Source: Deltaproteobacteria bacterium (GTDB taxonomy: Bacteria > Desulfobacterota > Binatia > UBA9968). Taken from it: a stretch of DNA of 64,000 bases. The position numbers and the translations under genes are program-made. Of the stretch, positions 28,030 to 35,729 are shown piece by piece. How positions within the stretch are numbered: the first letter of the stretch is position 1; the number at the start of each line of letters is the position of its first letter. Under the pieces are notes generated by a model, which was given only the letters and a program-made list of their open reading frames with translations, did no database searches and was not told where the DNA came from. Location: positions 6,450 through 70,449 of the forward strand of contig JACPSE010000052.1 of the NCBI GenBank assembly GCA_016193465.1, written 5' to 3'.

Positions 28030-28497
28030 ATGAGACCTTTGCGAATATATTCTGATACCTCGGTCATCGGCGGATGCTTGGACCGTGAATTTGCCGAGGA
28101 CTCAATGCGCTTTATCAAGGCGGTGGCTAGAGGCCGCTTGGTATTGCTCCTGAGCGAAATCGTCTTGAGAGAACTGGAGGATGCGCCGTCTCGGGTGCGA
28201 GCTTTGCTCACTTCATTACCGAGAGAGGCCGTGGAAAGAGTCGATATAACAGAGGAGGTCCTTGAGCTCCGTGACGCCTATATAAAAGCGAAAATTTTAA
28301 CTGCCCGCTCGGCGAATGATGCTGCCCATGTGGCTGCGGCGACCATCGCGCGGGCTGATGCTATTGTTTCTTGGAACTTCCAACACATTGTCCGCCTGGA
28401 TAAGATGAAGGCTTATAATCGAATCAATCTTCTGCATGGCTATGGAATCTTGACTATCATTTCGCCGAGGGAGGTCTTGGTAGATGAGAAAGAATAA
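28030..28497 (+). CDS. PIN-domain protein (VapC-like putative toxin), no upstream antitoxin
   Basis: LRIYSDTSVIGG N-terminal acidic/ST motif, ANDAAHVAAA, C-terminal D; 155 aa. Confidence 0.55.
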   Translation: MRPLRIYSDTSVIGGCLDREFAEDSMRFIKAVARGRLVLLLSEIVLRELEDAPSRVRALLTSLPREAVERVDITEEVLELRDAYIKAKILTARSANDAAHVAAATIARADAIVSWNFQHIVRLDKMKAYNRINLLHGYGILTIISPREVLVDEKE

Positions 28498-28687
28498 GGG
28501 CAAAAGAGAATTTGACTGTATAGCATTCAAGCGTCAGGCCCAAAGCAAAGTATACGAGGAAACGAAGAATTTGACTTTGGAAGACCAGGTAGCCTACTTC
28601 CGCAAAAAGGCCAATTCAGGTCCACTGGGAAAATGGTGGAAGCGGTTGCCCAGTGCATCGCCTTCTCAGAAACGCAGAACAGGGTAG
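28484..28687 (+). CDS. Small basic hypothetical protein overlapping PIN gene 3' end (possible downstream partner)
   Basis: ORF only; 14-nt overlap with PIN stop; K/R-rich; no recognisable motif. Confidence 0.25.
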   Translation: MRKNKGKREFDCIAFKRQAQSKVYEETKNLTLEDQVAYFRKKANSGPLGKWWKRLPSASPSQKRRTG

Positions 28688-28701
28688 TTTAAAGAGGACT
28701 G

Positions 28702-28923
28702 TTGGGCAAGATGGAGGGCGGAGATGACGCGGGGCAGAAACGCGCATCGCAGGAAATCAAAGAGCGTATCGCCGTCATGCAGCGCGGCGTCGGCGGCGTC
28801 ACCAAAGGCCAGGCGGTGACTTACACGTTGACGGATGGAAAAAAGATCCAGGAGGTGACTGAGGTGGTAACGGGGACGGGATCAGTCGTAAGGGCGGTAA
28901 GTTTCCAGCATAGACAGAGCTAA
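28702..28923 (+). CDS. Standalone copy of the ~65-aa C-terminal tail domain of the CHAT-TM protein
   Basis: DDAGQKRASQEIKERIAVMQRGVGGVTKGQAVTYTLTDGKKIQEVTEVVTGTGSVVRAVSFQHR vs 22195-22391 product DDAGKKRFSEEIRQRIGVMQRGVAVVAKGQPAVYTLSGGKRIEKVTEVVTGTGSVVRAVSFQHR; DNA ~75% identical. Confidence 0.5.
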   Translation: MGKMEGGDDAGQKRASQEIKERIAVMQRGVGGVTKGQAVTYTLTDGKKIQEVTEVVTGTGSVVRAVSFQHRQS

Positions 28924-28941
28924 GCTCCAAGGGGCGGCAAA

Positions 28942-31458
28942 GTGCTCAACCCTAAGCTGAGGGTTTGTTTAATAGCTAGCCTATTGTTTTCGCTGACGTG
29001 GACTTGCGCGCTCCCTCCTGAGCCCAGGTTTGCGCCTAGGGCCTCTTCTACGCAGAAGGCTATCTTGGCTGGCGAGATCAAGGAAGCCTTGGCTTCTTAC
29101 GAAGAGCAGGCCCGAGAGGCCGAAAAGAACGCGGCTGCGAGTTTGTTTCCGCAACCGCACCTGAAGGTTGCTGCGCTGGCCTACAAAGAGGCTGCGAGAG
29201 CGGCCCGGGCTAGCGGACAATTGCAAAAAGGGATTGTTTTTGGCGAGAAGGCTTTGGAGATAGCGGAGAAACTAGGTGAGCCTGGATATAAGCTGGAAGC
29301 GTTGGACGTTCTGATCCCTGCGTATCGCAGTATTCGCAGTTTCTCCAAAGCTAGTAACCTCGTCGAGAAAGGATTCAAAGTTATTGACGAGCTTCCTGCC
29401 TCGAGCATCAATAGGGTCTTTTGGGAAGGCCGTTTACACTTGTTCGTAGGCGGAGACTTCCTGCGTGAGCAACAATACGAGAAGGCTATTCTCGCTTATA
29501 CAAATTCCCTTCGGCTCCAAGAGGCGTATCTAACTGAAATGTACACGAGGACCAGGCGCGATGACGCGTCCATGAAAGCTCACCAGACCGCTGTCTTAGC
29601 GGCCAGATCCAAGCTCGGTGATTCGTATCATCGGTCAGGCCGGTTGGAAGAGGCACTTGAGCAATATCGTTTAGCTCTTGTGCTGATAAAAAAGTGGAAT
29701 CTGCGATCCCCGGTAGAACGGGAACTATATCATGACATTGGTGAAATTTATCTTGAAAGCCAGATGTTCTCGGAGGCCTTGGAATACTTCCGGAGGGCGC
29801 TTGCTCTGGCCGAAAGTCAGAGGAGGCCGGACGCCATAATAGAAACGAGCGGTCGTATCGGTACTGTTCTTCACCAATCTGGTAAGCCCGACGAAGCTAT
29901 TGCATATTTTCAGAGAGCAATTCACTTGGTTGAATCAACTCGCTCGGTCTTACAATCAGAAGAATATAGGCAGTCCTATTTCGGCGGCCCGCATCTGCGC
30001 ATCTACGTCAACCTGACACGTTCCTTTCTGCAATTGGGGAGACCGGACGAGGCTTTTAATTACAATGAAAGGGCGCGCTCACGAGTGTTCCTTGATGTTT
30101 TAGGAAGCAAAGTGCAACTGTCTCGGCTGAAAAGTGGCTTGCTGGAAGAGGAGCGGGCTTTAAATGAGAGGATAGCCGGACTTAAGGCAAGATTACAGGG
30201 TGGAGAAGAGGAGGAGGCAGACAGGGCAGGTTTGAGGAAGGAGCTGAGGGAGGCCGAGCAGGCCTACAATGCTTTTCTTGCCAGGGTCAGGAAACAGGAC
30301 AAGGAGCAGCTCTCCTTGATGACAGTTGAGCCTTTGACCGTTAAGGAAATCCAGGAGTTGCTTGATCCAGGGACCACGTTGATTGAGTACTTTGTTACAC
30401 AGCGGGACATCCTTGTTTGGGTCATTGAGAAAGATACGATGCAGTATCTGAGGGTGCAACTGTCCAGAGAGCAGCTTGCTGGTTTGGTTAGGACTCTACG
30501 GGAGACCATTTTTACCCTAGATGAGAGAGACAAGTTTAGGGTTGCCTCCACTACTCTCTATGACTATCTCATTCATCCACTTCTCCCTCATGTGGGTGGC
30601 AAGGAACTAATCATCGTCCCCCACGATGTTCTTCATTATCTCCCCTTTCATGCCCTGCTCGCCGCTGATGGCCGCTATCTGATCGAGAAGTATCCTATTT
30701 ATTACCTCTCCAGCGCCAGTTTGCTTCAGTTCACCCAGGAGAAGAGGAAGGCGAAGGGGGAGAAGGTCTTGGCCTTTGGTAACCCGGATTTGGGAGATCC
30801 TAAGATGGAGCTTAAGTTTGCTGAGACTGAGGCCAGAGAGATAGCGACGCTTTACCCACAATCTACGGTGCTCGTAAAAAAAGAGGCCACGGAGGAGAAG
30901 GGCAAAACCCTTTCACCGCAGCACGACATTCTCCATTTTGCCACTCATGCGGAGCTTAAGGAGGAAGATCCTTTATCATCGGCTGTGTTATTGGCCAAAG
31001 AAGATAAGGAGGATGGGAGGCTGGAGGTAAAGGAGATCTTCGGCATGGATCTCAAAGCCAACCTTGTAGTTTTAAGTGCCTGTGAGACGGGGTTAGGGAA
31101 GCTTTCCACAGGAGATGAGATTGTCGGGTTGACCAGGGCCTTTATTTATGCAGGCACCCCATCAGTGGTGGCCAGCCTGTGGAAGGTGGAGGACAGCAGC
31201 ACGGCAGCCCTGATGGCCAGCTTTTACAAGAATCTCAGGACCATGTCTAAGGTGGAGGCCTTAAGGCAGGCCCAGTTGGAGTTGATCAGGGGACAAACGA
31301 GCAGTGATTTGCTGGCCAGGAGGGGAGTGGGAGGGATAGGGAAGTTGGGTGAGGTACCTGAAGCTAAACTCCAATCCCCGACCCCTATCCCCGCCTCTAT
31401 TTCCACGTCCCACCCTTACTTCTGGGCCCCGTTCATATTGGTGGGAGATGGGAAATAG
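28942..31458 (+). CDS. TPR-repeat + CHAT-domain protease, secreted/lipoprotein (paralog 3)
   Basis: Signal peptide VCLIASLLFSLTWTC; TPR region; CHAT C-terminus with identical 127-bp and 77-bp tracts vs paralog 2; 9-aa deletion (DLSAVLAQAG) relative to paralogs 1/2. Confidence 0.8.
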   Translation: MLNPKLRVCLIASLLFSLTWTCALPPEPRFAPRASSTQKAILAGEIKEALASYEEQAREAEKNAAASLFPQPHLKVAALAYKEAARAARASGQLQKGIVFGEKALEIAEKLGEPGYKLEALDVLIPAYRSIRSFSKASNLVEKGFKVIDELPASSINRVFWEGRLHLFVGGDFLREQQYEKAILAYTNSLRLQEAYLTEMYTRTRRDDASMKAHQTAVLAARSKLGDSYHRSGRLEEALEQYRLALVLIKKWNLRSPVERELYHDIGEIYLESQMFSEALEYFRRALALAESQRRPDAIIETSGRIGTVLHQSGKPDEAIAYFQRAIHLVESTRSVLQSEEYRQSYFGGPHLRIYVNLTRSFLQLGRPDEAFNYNERARSRVFLDVLGSKVQLSRLKSGLLEEERALNERIAGLKARLQGGEEEEADRAGLRKELREAEQAYNAFLARVRKQDKEQLSLMTVEPLTVKEIQELLDPGTTLIEYFVTQRDILVWVIEKDTMQYLRVQLSREQLAGLVRTLRETIFTLDERDKFRVASTTLYDYLIHPLLPHVGGKELIIVPHDVLHYLPFHALLAADGRYLIEKYPIYYLSSASLLQFTQEKRKAKGEKVLAFGNPDLGDPKMELKFAETEAREIATLYPQSTVLVKKEATEEKGKTLSPQHDILHFATHAELKEEDPLSSAVLLAKEDKEDGRLEVKEIFGMDLKANLVVLSACETGLGKLSTGDEIVGLTRAFIYAGTPSVVASLWKVEDSSTAALMASFYKNLRTMSKVEALRQAQLELIRGQTSSDLLARRGVGGIGKLGEVPEAKLQSPTPIPASISTSHPYFWAPFILVGDGK

Positions 31459-31518
31459 GCAATAGCCCTGACATCTTATCAGATTGCCTTTAGGGCATGT
31501 TCTTATTAAAATACCATC

Positions 31519-31743
31519 ATGGGTCTTGAGCGAATCACTATTAAGCCTGATGTCTGCGGCGGGGAGCCGACAATCCGCGGGATGCGCATTACCGTGAGCC
31601 AGATCCTTGAAATGCTGGCCGGCGGCATGACGACAGAGCAGATTCTGCAGGACTTTCCCTACTTAGACAGGGCCGATGTAGATGCCTGTCTCGAATATGC
31701 AGCGCGGCAAGCGGCGCATCGCGAAGTGCTGTTGAACAAGTGA
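31519..31743 (+). CDS. DUF433-family protein (antitoxin-like partner of DUF5615)
   Basis: IKPDVCGGEPTIRGMRITVSQILEMLAGGMTTEQILQDFPYL motif typical of DUF433; stop overlaps GTG of next gene (GTGA). Confidence 0.7.
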   Translation: MGLERITIKPDVCGGEPTIRGMRITVSQILEMLAGGMTTEQILQDFPYLDRADVDACLEYAARQAAHREVLLNK

Positions 31744-32093
31744 AATTCCTTGTCGATGCGAATCTTCCGCCGCACCTTTGTCACTGGCTGAAATCTCGGG
31801 GTCATGAGGCTGAGCATCTGGCCGACATAAACCTTTTGAGAGCGACGGACACGCATCTATGGAAATGAGGCAAAGATCAGCAGGTTATTATTTTCAGCAA
31901 GGATGTTGATTTCTATGATCGTGCCTTGCTTTTTGGCGCCCCTCCGCAAGTGCTTCATATCGCTGTTGGCAATTGCAGCAACAGCCGGCTTCTCCGTGTC
32001 CTCGATTCTCAGTGGTCCGATATTGAGGCTGCTCTCTCATCTGGATCAAAGTTGGTCTCGGTAACACAACAAAAGATCGAAGTCTTCCCATAA
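31740..32093 (+). pseudogene. DUF5615 (PIN-like, Mut7-C-type) toxin gene interrupted by in-frame TGA at 31866-31868
   Basis: VKFLVDANLPPHLCHWLKSRGHEAEHLAD...THLWK-[TGA]-GKDQQVIIFSKDVDFYDRALLFGAPPQVLHIAVGNCSNSRLL...; both halves in same frame, characteristic DUF5615 sequence. Confidence 0.6.
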
Positions 32094-32098
32094 TCACG

Positions 32099-33466
32099 CT
32101 ATTTCACGCACCGCTGCATCAGCCGGTCGAAGAACTCCACGGCCAGGTCAATCTCTTCCTTGGTGATCTCGAACGAGGGTGAGAGGCTGAAGACATTCTT
32201 GAAGTATCCGCCGATGTTCAGAATCACGCCGTGGTCTTTCCCGTTCTTTTTCAGATCTCCCCTCAAGCCCTCCTGGCAGACCCGCAGGGTCAATTCAGGG
32301 TTCGGCGTGATTCCGTCCTCCTTGCACAGCTCGATCCGCAGGGCCAGGCCGAGCCCGTCCACATCGCCCATAATCTTGGGATACTTTTTTTGCAGCTCTT
32401 TGAGCTGCGCCAAAAAGTACTGGCCTTTTTCTGTGACCTTTTTCTCATAGTCCTGTTCGTCGAGGAGCCTCAGTACCTCCAGGGCGAGAGCCGTTCCCTG
32501 CGGATTGGCGGCGTAGGTGGAGTGGGTCGAGCCGGGCGGGAAGATTTTTGGATTCATGATCTCTTCCGTAGCCCATACCCCGGACAGGGGATTGAGGCCA
32601 TTGGTGAGCGCCTTGCCAAAGACGATGATGTCCGGCACGACATCCAGGTGCTGGATGGCCCAGAACTTTCCCGTGCGGAAGAATCCCATCTGGACTTCGT
32701 CGTCGACCAGGAGGATTTTGCGCTCCGCGAGGATTTTTTTGAAGCCAACAAAGTATTCTTTCGGAGGTATGACATAACCGCCGGTTCCCTGGACTGGCTC
32801 CATGTAAAAAGCGCCAAACTCGCATTCCCCGGCCTTGGAGTCCCAAAAGGAATAGTATTCGGTGTCAAAGATCTTTTCAAATTGCTTCAGGCAGTAGAGC
32901 CCGCAGTCTTCCCGCTTGAGTCCGTAAAAGCAGCGAAAGCAGTAAGGATACGGGATGAAATGGGCGCGGTCCCCGAAATGGCCGTAGCGGCGGCGGTAGC
33001 GGTAGCTGGAGGTGATCGCGGTGGCTGCCAAAGTCCGCCCGTGGTAGCCGCCCATAAACGCAAAGCCGGCGTTTTTGTGCGTGTAGTTGCGCACGAGCTT
33101 GATCGCATCCTCGACAGCCACGGCCCCGCCAACATTGAATTGGACTCTCCCTTTTTTGTGGAAGATGTTTTCGCATAATTGGGCGATGCGCGCGGAGACC
33201 TCTATCTTTTCCGAGTGGAGGTAGTGGCTGCCAAGTTGAGGGAGACGGTCCAGTTGCTCCTTGAGGGTTTGATTGAGTCGCCTGTTCCGATATCCGAAGC
33301 TCGCTGTAGCCGAGGCCATCTGGAGATCGAGGAAGGGGGTTCCCTGAGGGTCGTAGAGGAAGCAACCTTCACAGCTCTCAAACATTTTGGGCGGTTCGGC
33401 GGAGTGCACGGCATCTCCCCAGGAACAATACTCCGCTTCCAGTTTTCTAAGGTCTTCTTCACTCAT
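32099..33466 (-). CDS. Class-III (PLP-dependent) aminotransferase
   Basis: DDEVQMGFFRTGKFWA motif (cf. DEVQTGFGRTG), FGKALTNG lysine region; 455 aa. Confidence 0.7.
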   Translation of the reverse strand: MSEEDLRKLEAEYCSWGDAVHSAEPPKMFESCEGCFLYDPQGTPFLDLQMASATASFGYRNRRLNQTLKEQLDRLPQLGSHYLHSEKIEVSARIAQLCENIFHKKGRVQFNVGGAVAVEDAIKLVRNYTHKNAGFAFMGGYHGRTLAATAITSSYRYRRRYGHFGDRAHFIPYPYCFRCFYGLKREDCGLYCLKQFEKIFDTEYYSFWDSKAGECEFGAFYMEPVQGTGGYVIPPKEYFVGFKKILAERKILLVDDEVQMGFFRTGKFWAIQHLDVVPDIIVFGKALTNGLNPLSGVWATEEIMNPKIFPPGSTHSTYAANPQGTALALEVLRLLDEQDYEKKVTEKGQYFLAQLKELQKKYPKIMGDVDGLGLALRIELCKEDGITPNPELTLRVCQEGLRGDLKKNGKDHGVILNIGGYFKNVFSLSPSFEITKEEIDLAVEFFDRLMQRCVK

Positions 33467-34133
33467 CGTTGCTCTCTTTCAGCGTCTTGATGATCTGGGC
33501 CACATCGCGAAAATCGCGGAAGGTCCGGCAGGCAATCCCCGCTCTTTCGCAAAACTCTCTCAACCCGTTTTTTGCCAAAACCAAATCGGCATTCCTGGCA
33601 AGAAGGAGATCCGATACGCCGTCCCCAATGACGACGGACTTCTCGGCGCCTACCTTCAGTTGCTCGAAAAGGGCCGGCTTGCAGGTGGCGCAGCCGTGGA
33701 CGCATCCCTCGGGGAAGTAGGGGAAAGAGATGGCGACGTTGTTTCCGTCGAAGTTGAGCCCGCAAGCAAAAACAGGGATATTTTTTACGGGACCATTGTA
33801 TGCCGATAGGCCACGGCGCAAAATTTTGTGGATCCAATAGTCGAAGCCATCACTCAAAATGTAAAGCGAGTCGTTTTCTTTGGCGCAACGCATTGCAAAC
33901 TCGCCAAAGAACGGGTCGACCTCGATCGAGTCAATAAGCGCATCCAGGTCTTGGGGATTGACGCGAACAAGAGGCATCTGTTTTTCAAGAACTTCCCTGG
34001 CACTTAGCTTCCCCGCCAACCAATCTTCCTGGATGGCGAGCCAGTGAGAATCGGCGAACCTCTCCAAGACGGTGTCCGTGACATTGATCCGCGTAATGGT
34101 GTCGTCGAAATCGCAAAAGATAGCGAGCCTCAT
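33459..34133 (-). CDS. HAD-superfamily hydrolase (MtnX / phosphoserine-phosphatase-like)
   Basis: HAD motif I FCDFDDTIT, motif II SDG, motif IV GDGVSD; start chosen at MRLAIF; 8-nt overlap with aminotransferase. Confidence 0.6.
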   Translation of the reverse strand: MRLAIFCDFDDTITRINVTDTVLERFADSHWLAIQEDWLAGKLSAREVLEKQMPLVRVNPQDLDALIDSIEVDPFFGEFAMRCAKENDSLYILSDGFDYWIHKILRRGLSAYNGPVKNIPVFACGLNFDGNNVAISFPYFPEGCVHGCATCKPALFEQLKVGAEKSVVIGDGVSDLLLARNADLVLAKNGLREFCERAGIACRTFRDFRDVAQIIKTLKESNDE

Positions 34134-34234
34134 GGTTAATCTCCCACTAGCTAATATCAATATAGTAAACTACTGTAAAGATGTTGGCATCCTTGATTTG
34201 AAATGAGAAAGCGAGCAAAATTTCTCTATCTATT

Positions 34235-35653
34235 ATGGAGCTCCACGCAAAAGTACGGGAGACCGTCGAGAAATACAATATGCTCTCGCCTGGCGATAGG
34301 GTCCTGGTAGCCGTCTCGGGCGGACCGGACTCCGTGGCGCTGCTCCACCTGTTGTGTGGCTTGAAAGGGGCAATGGGCTTGCGTTTGGAGGTCGCGCACC
34401 TTCAGCATGGAATTCGCGGCGAGGAGGGCCGGGAAGACGCGCTTTTTGTCGCCAATATCGCGCAGCGGCTGGCGCTTCCCTTCCACCTCAGAGAGGTGGA
34501 TCTGCCGGCTATGAAATCGCAAGCCGGAAAAGGGAATATCGAGGCGATGGGCAGAGAAGAGAGATACCGTTTTTTTAGAGTTTTGGCAGAAGAGCGTGAT
34601 ATCCAAAAAATCGCCACTGCGCACACGCAAGATGACCAGGTGGAAACTCTCTTCATGTGGCTCCTGCGCGGGAGCGGAAGGAGAGGTTTGGGCGGGATGC
34701 CTCCGGTGCGGGTGATTGCTAGGGACGATGCGATTCTTAAGCGGCCTATGCTTGTGCGCCCGCTGATCGAGACCGCCAGGGAGGAGATCCTCGATTTTCT
34801 GTCTGCCGAAGGGCTTGAGTATCGCACCGACAAAACCAACCTGGAGCCGGCCCCGCTGCGAAACTGGATCCGCCTTCGCCTGCTTCCCCAGGTCAGGGAC
34901 AAGTTTGGCTCCGGGCTCGATGAAAGGCTCGCCCATACGGCTGAAATTCTGCGCCAGGAAGAGGAAATTTTACAACGCCTGGCGCGGGAAGGTGTCGAAC
35001 GCGTGGTGCAGGACGGGCATCTCATGCGTGATTGCCTACTGCAAATGGAAAAAGCGACGCAGCGGCGACTGCTGCGTCTATGGTGCGGCGCCGCTCTGGG
35101 TGGAACCGGGGGGTTGAGTTTTCATGATCTCGAGGAGGCGCTCCGTTTTATCGCGCACGGCCCGCCCCAGGGTCGTCTCTCGATCATTGGAGGATGGGAC
35201 CTGGTCAAGCGGTACGGAACGGTCCGTCTCGAAAGGCATGGGAGCAATCAAAAGCCGGTTTGTTATAGCTATGAACTGCCGCGCCATGGAGAACTGGTTA
35301 TCCCTGAGGCCGGGATGAAGGTTCAAAGTACGCCTGTGGCTTTGTCGCCCGGTGTGGCGCCTCGGGATAGCGGTGAGGCGATATTCGATTTGGCCTCTCT
35401 GCCAGAGACGCTCACGGTTCGCAATTTTCGCCATGGGGACCGGTTTCAACCTTTAGGGATGCGCGGGCATAAAAAAATCAAAGATCTCTTCATAGAGAAA
35501 AAAGTTCCTCTGGAAATTCGCTCGACGCTGCCTCTTTTTTTAGCCGGAGGAGAGATCCTTTGGATTCCGAGATACGGCAGAAGCGAAGTTGCCAAGGTCG
35601 GCCCTGAAACCAGGGAGATTCTCAGGATCAGGCTGGAGCCATGCAATGGCTGA
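34235..35653 (+). CDS. tilS: tRNA(Ile)-lysidine synthetase
   Basis: PP-loop VAVSGGPDSVALL; TilS-length and C-terminal domain. Confidence 0.85.
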   Translation: MELHAKVRETVEKYNMLSPGDRVLVAVSGGPDSVALLHLLCGLKGAMGLRLEVAHLQHGIRGEEGREDALFVANIAQRLALPFHLREVDLPAMKSQAGKGNIEAMGREERYRFFRVLAEERDIQKIATAHTQDDQVETLFMWLLRGSGRRGLGGMPPVRVIARDDAILKRPMLVRPLIETAREEILDFLSAEGLEYRTDKTNLEPAPLRNWIRLRLLPQVRDKFGSGLDERLAHTAEILRQEEEILQRLAREGVERVVQDGHLMRDCLLQMEKATQRRLLRLWCGAALGGTGGLSFHDLEEALRFIAHGPPQGRLSIIGGWDLVKRYGTVRLERHGSNQKPVCYSYELPRHGELVIPEAGMKVQSTPVALSPGVAPRDSGEAIFDLASLPETLTVRNFRHGDRFQPLGMRGHKKIKDLFIEKKVPLEIRSTLPLFLAGGEILWIPRYGRSEVAKVGPETREILRIRLEPCNG

Positions 35654-35729
35654 TGAAACCCGGGTATATTGAACTAACTCTTTGTCTGTGTTAGACTTTT
35701 TTCGTTCCTAGCTTTGGTGGAGGCTCCCG

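Noticed and set aside
25162-31406. Paired 60-aa minus-strand ORFs 25162..25344 and 31224..31406 with near-identical products
   Set aside because: These are mirror artefacts of the homogenised CHAT C-terminal coding sequence on the plus strand.
22400-31500. Possible CRISPR array or other tandem DNA repeat suggested by recurring sequence blocks
   Set aside because: The recurring blocks are about 2.5-2.9 kb apart and lie inside long ORFs. They are the conserved C-termini of three paralogous TPR-CHAT genes, not short regularly spaced direct repeats with unique spacers.
31459-31518. Possible tRNA or structured RNA in the spacer after TPR-CHAT3 (weak inverted repeat gccct...agggc)
   Set aside because: Only a 5-bp stem with a 24-nt loop. 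There is no cloverleaf or terminator-like features.
31866-31868. In-frame TGA in DUF5615 as evidence of genome-wide TGA recoding
   Set aside because: TGA is used as an ordinary stop by many well-supported genes here (DUF433, folP, cdaA and others). A local nonsense mutation or readthrough is more likely.
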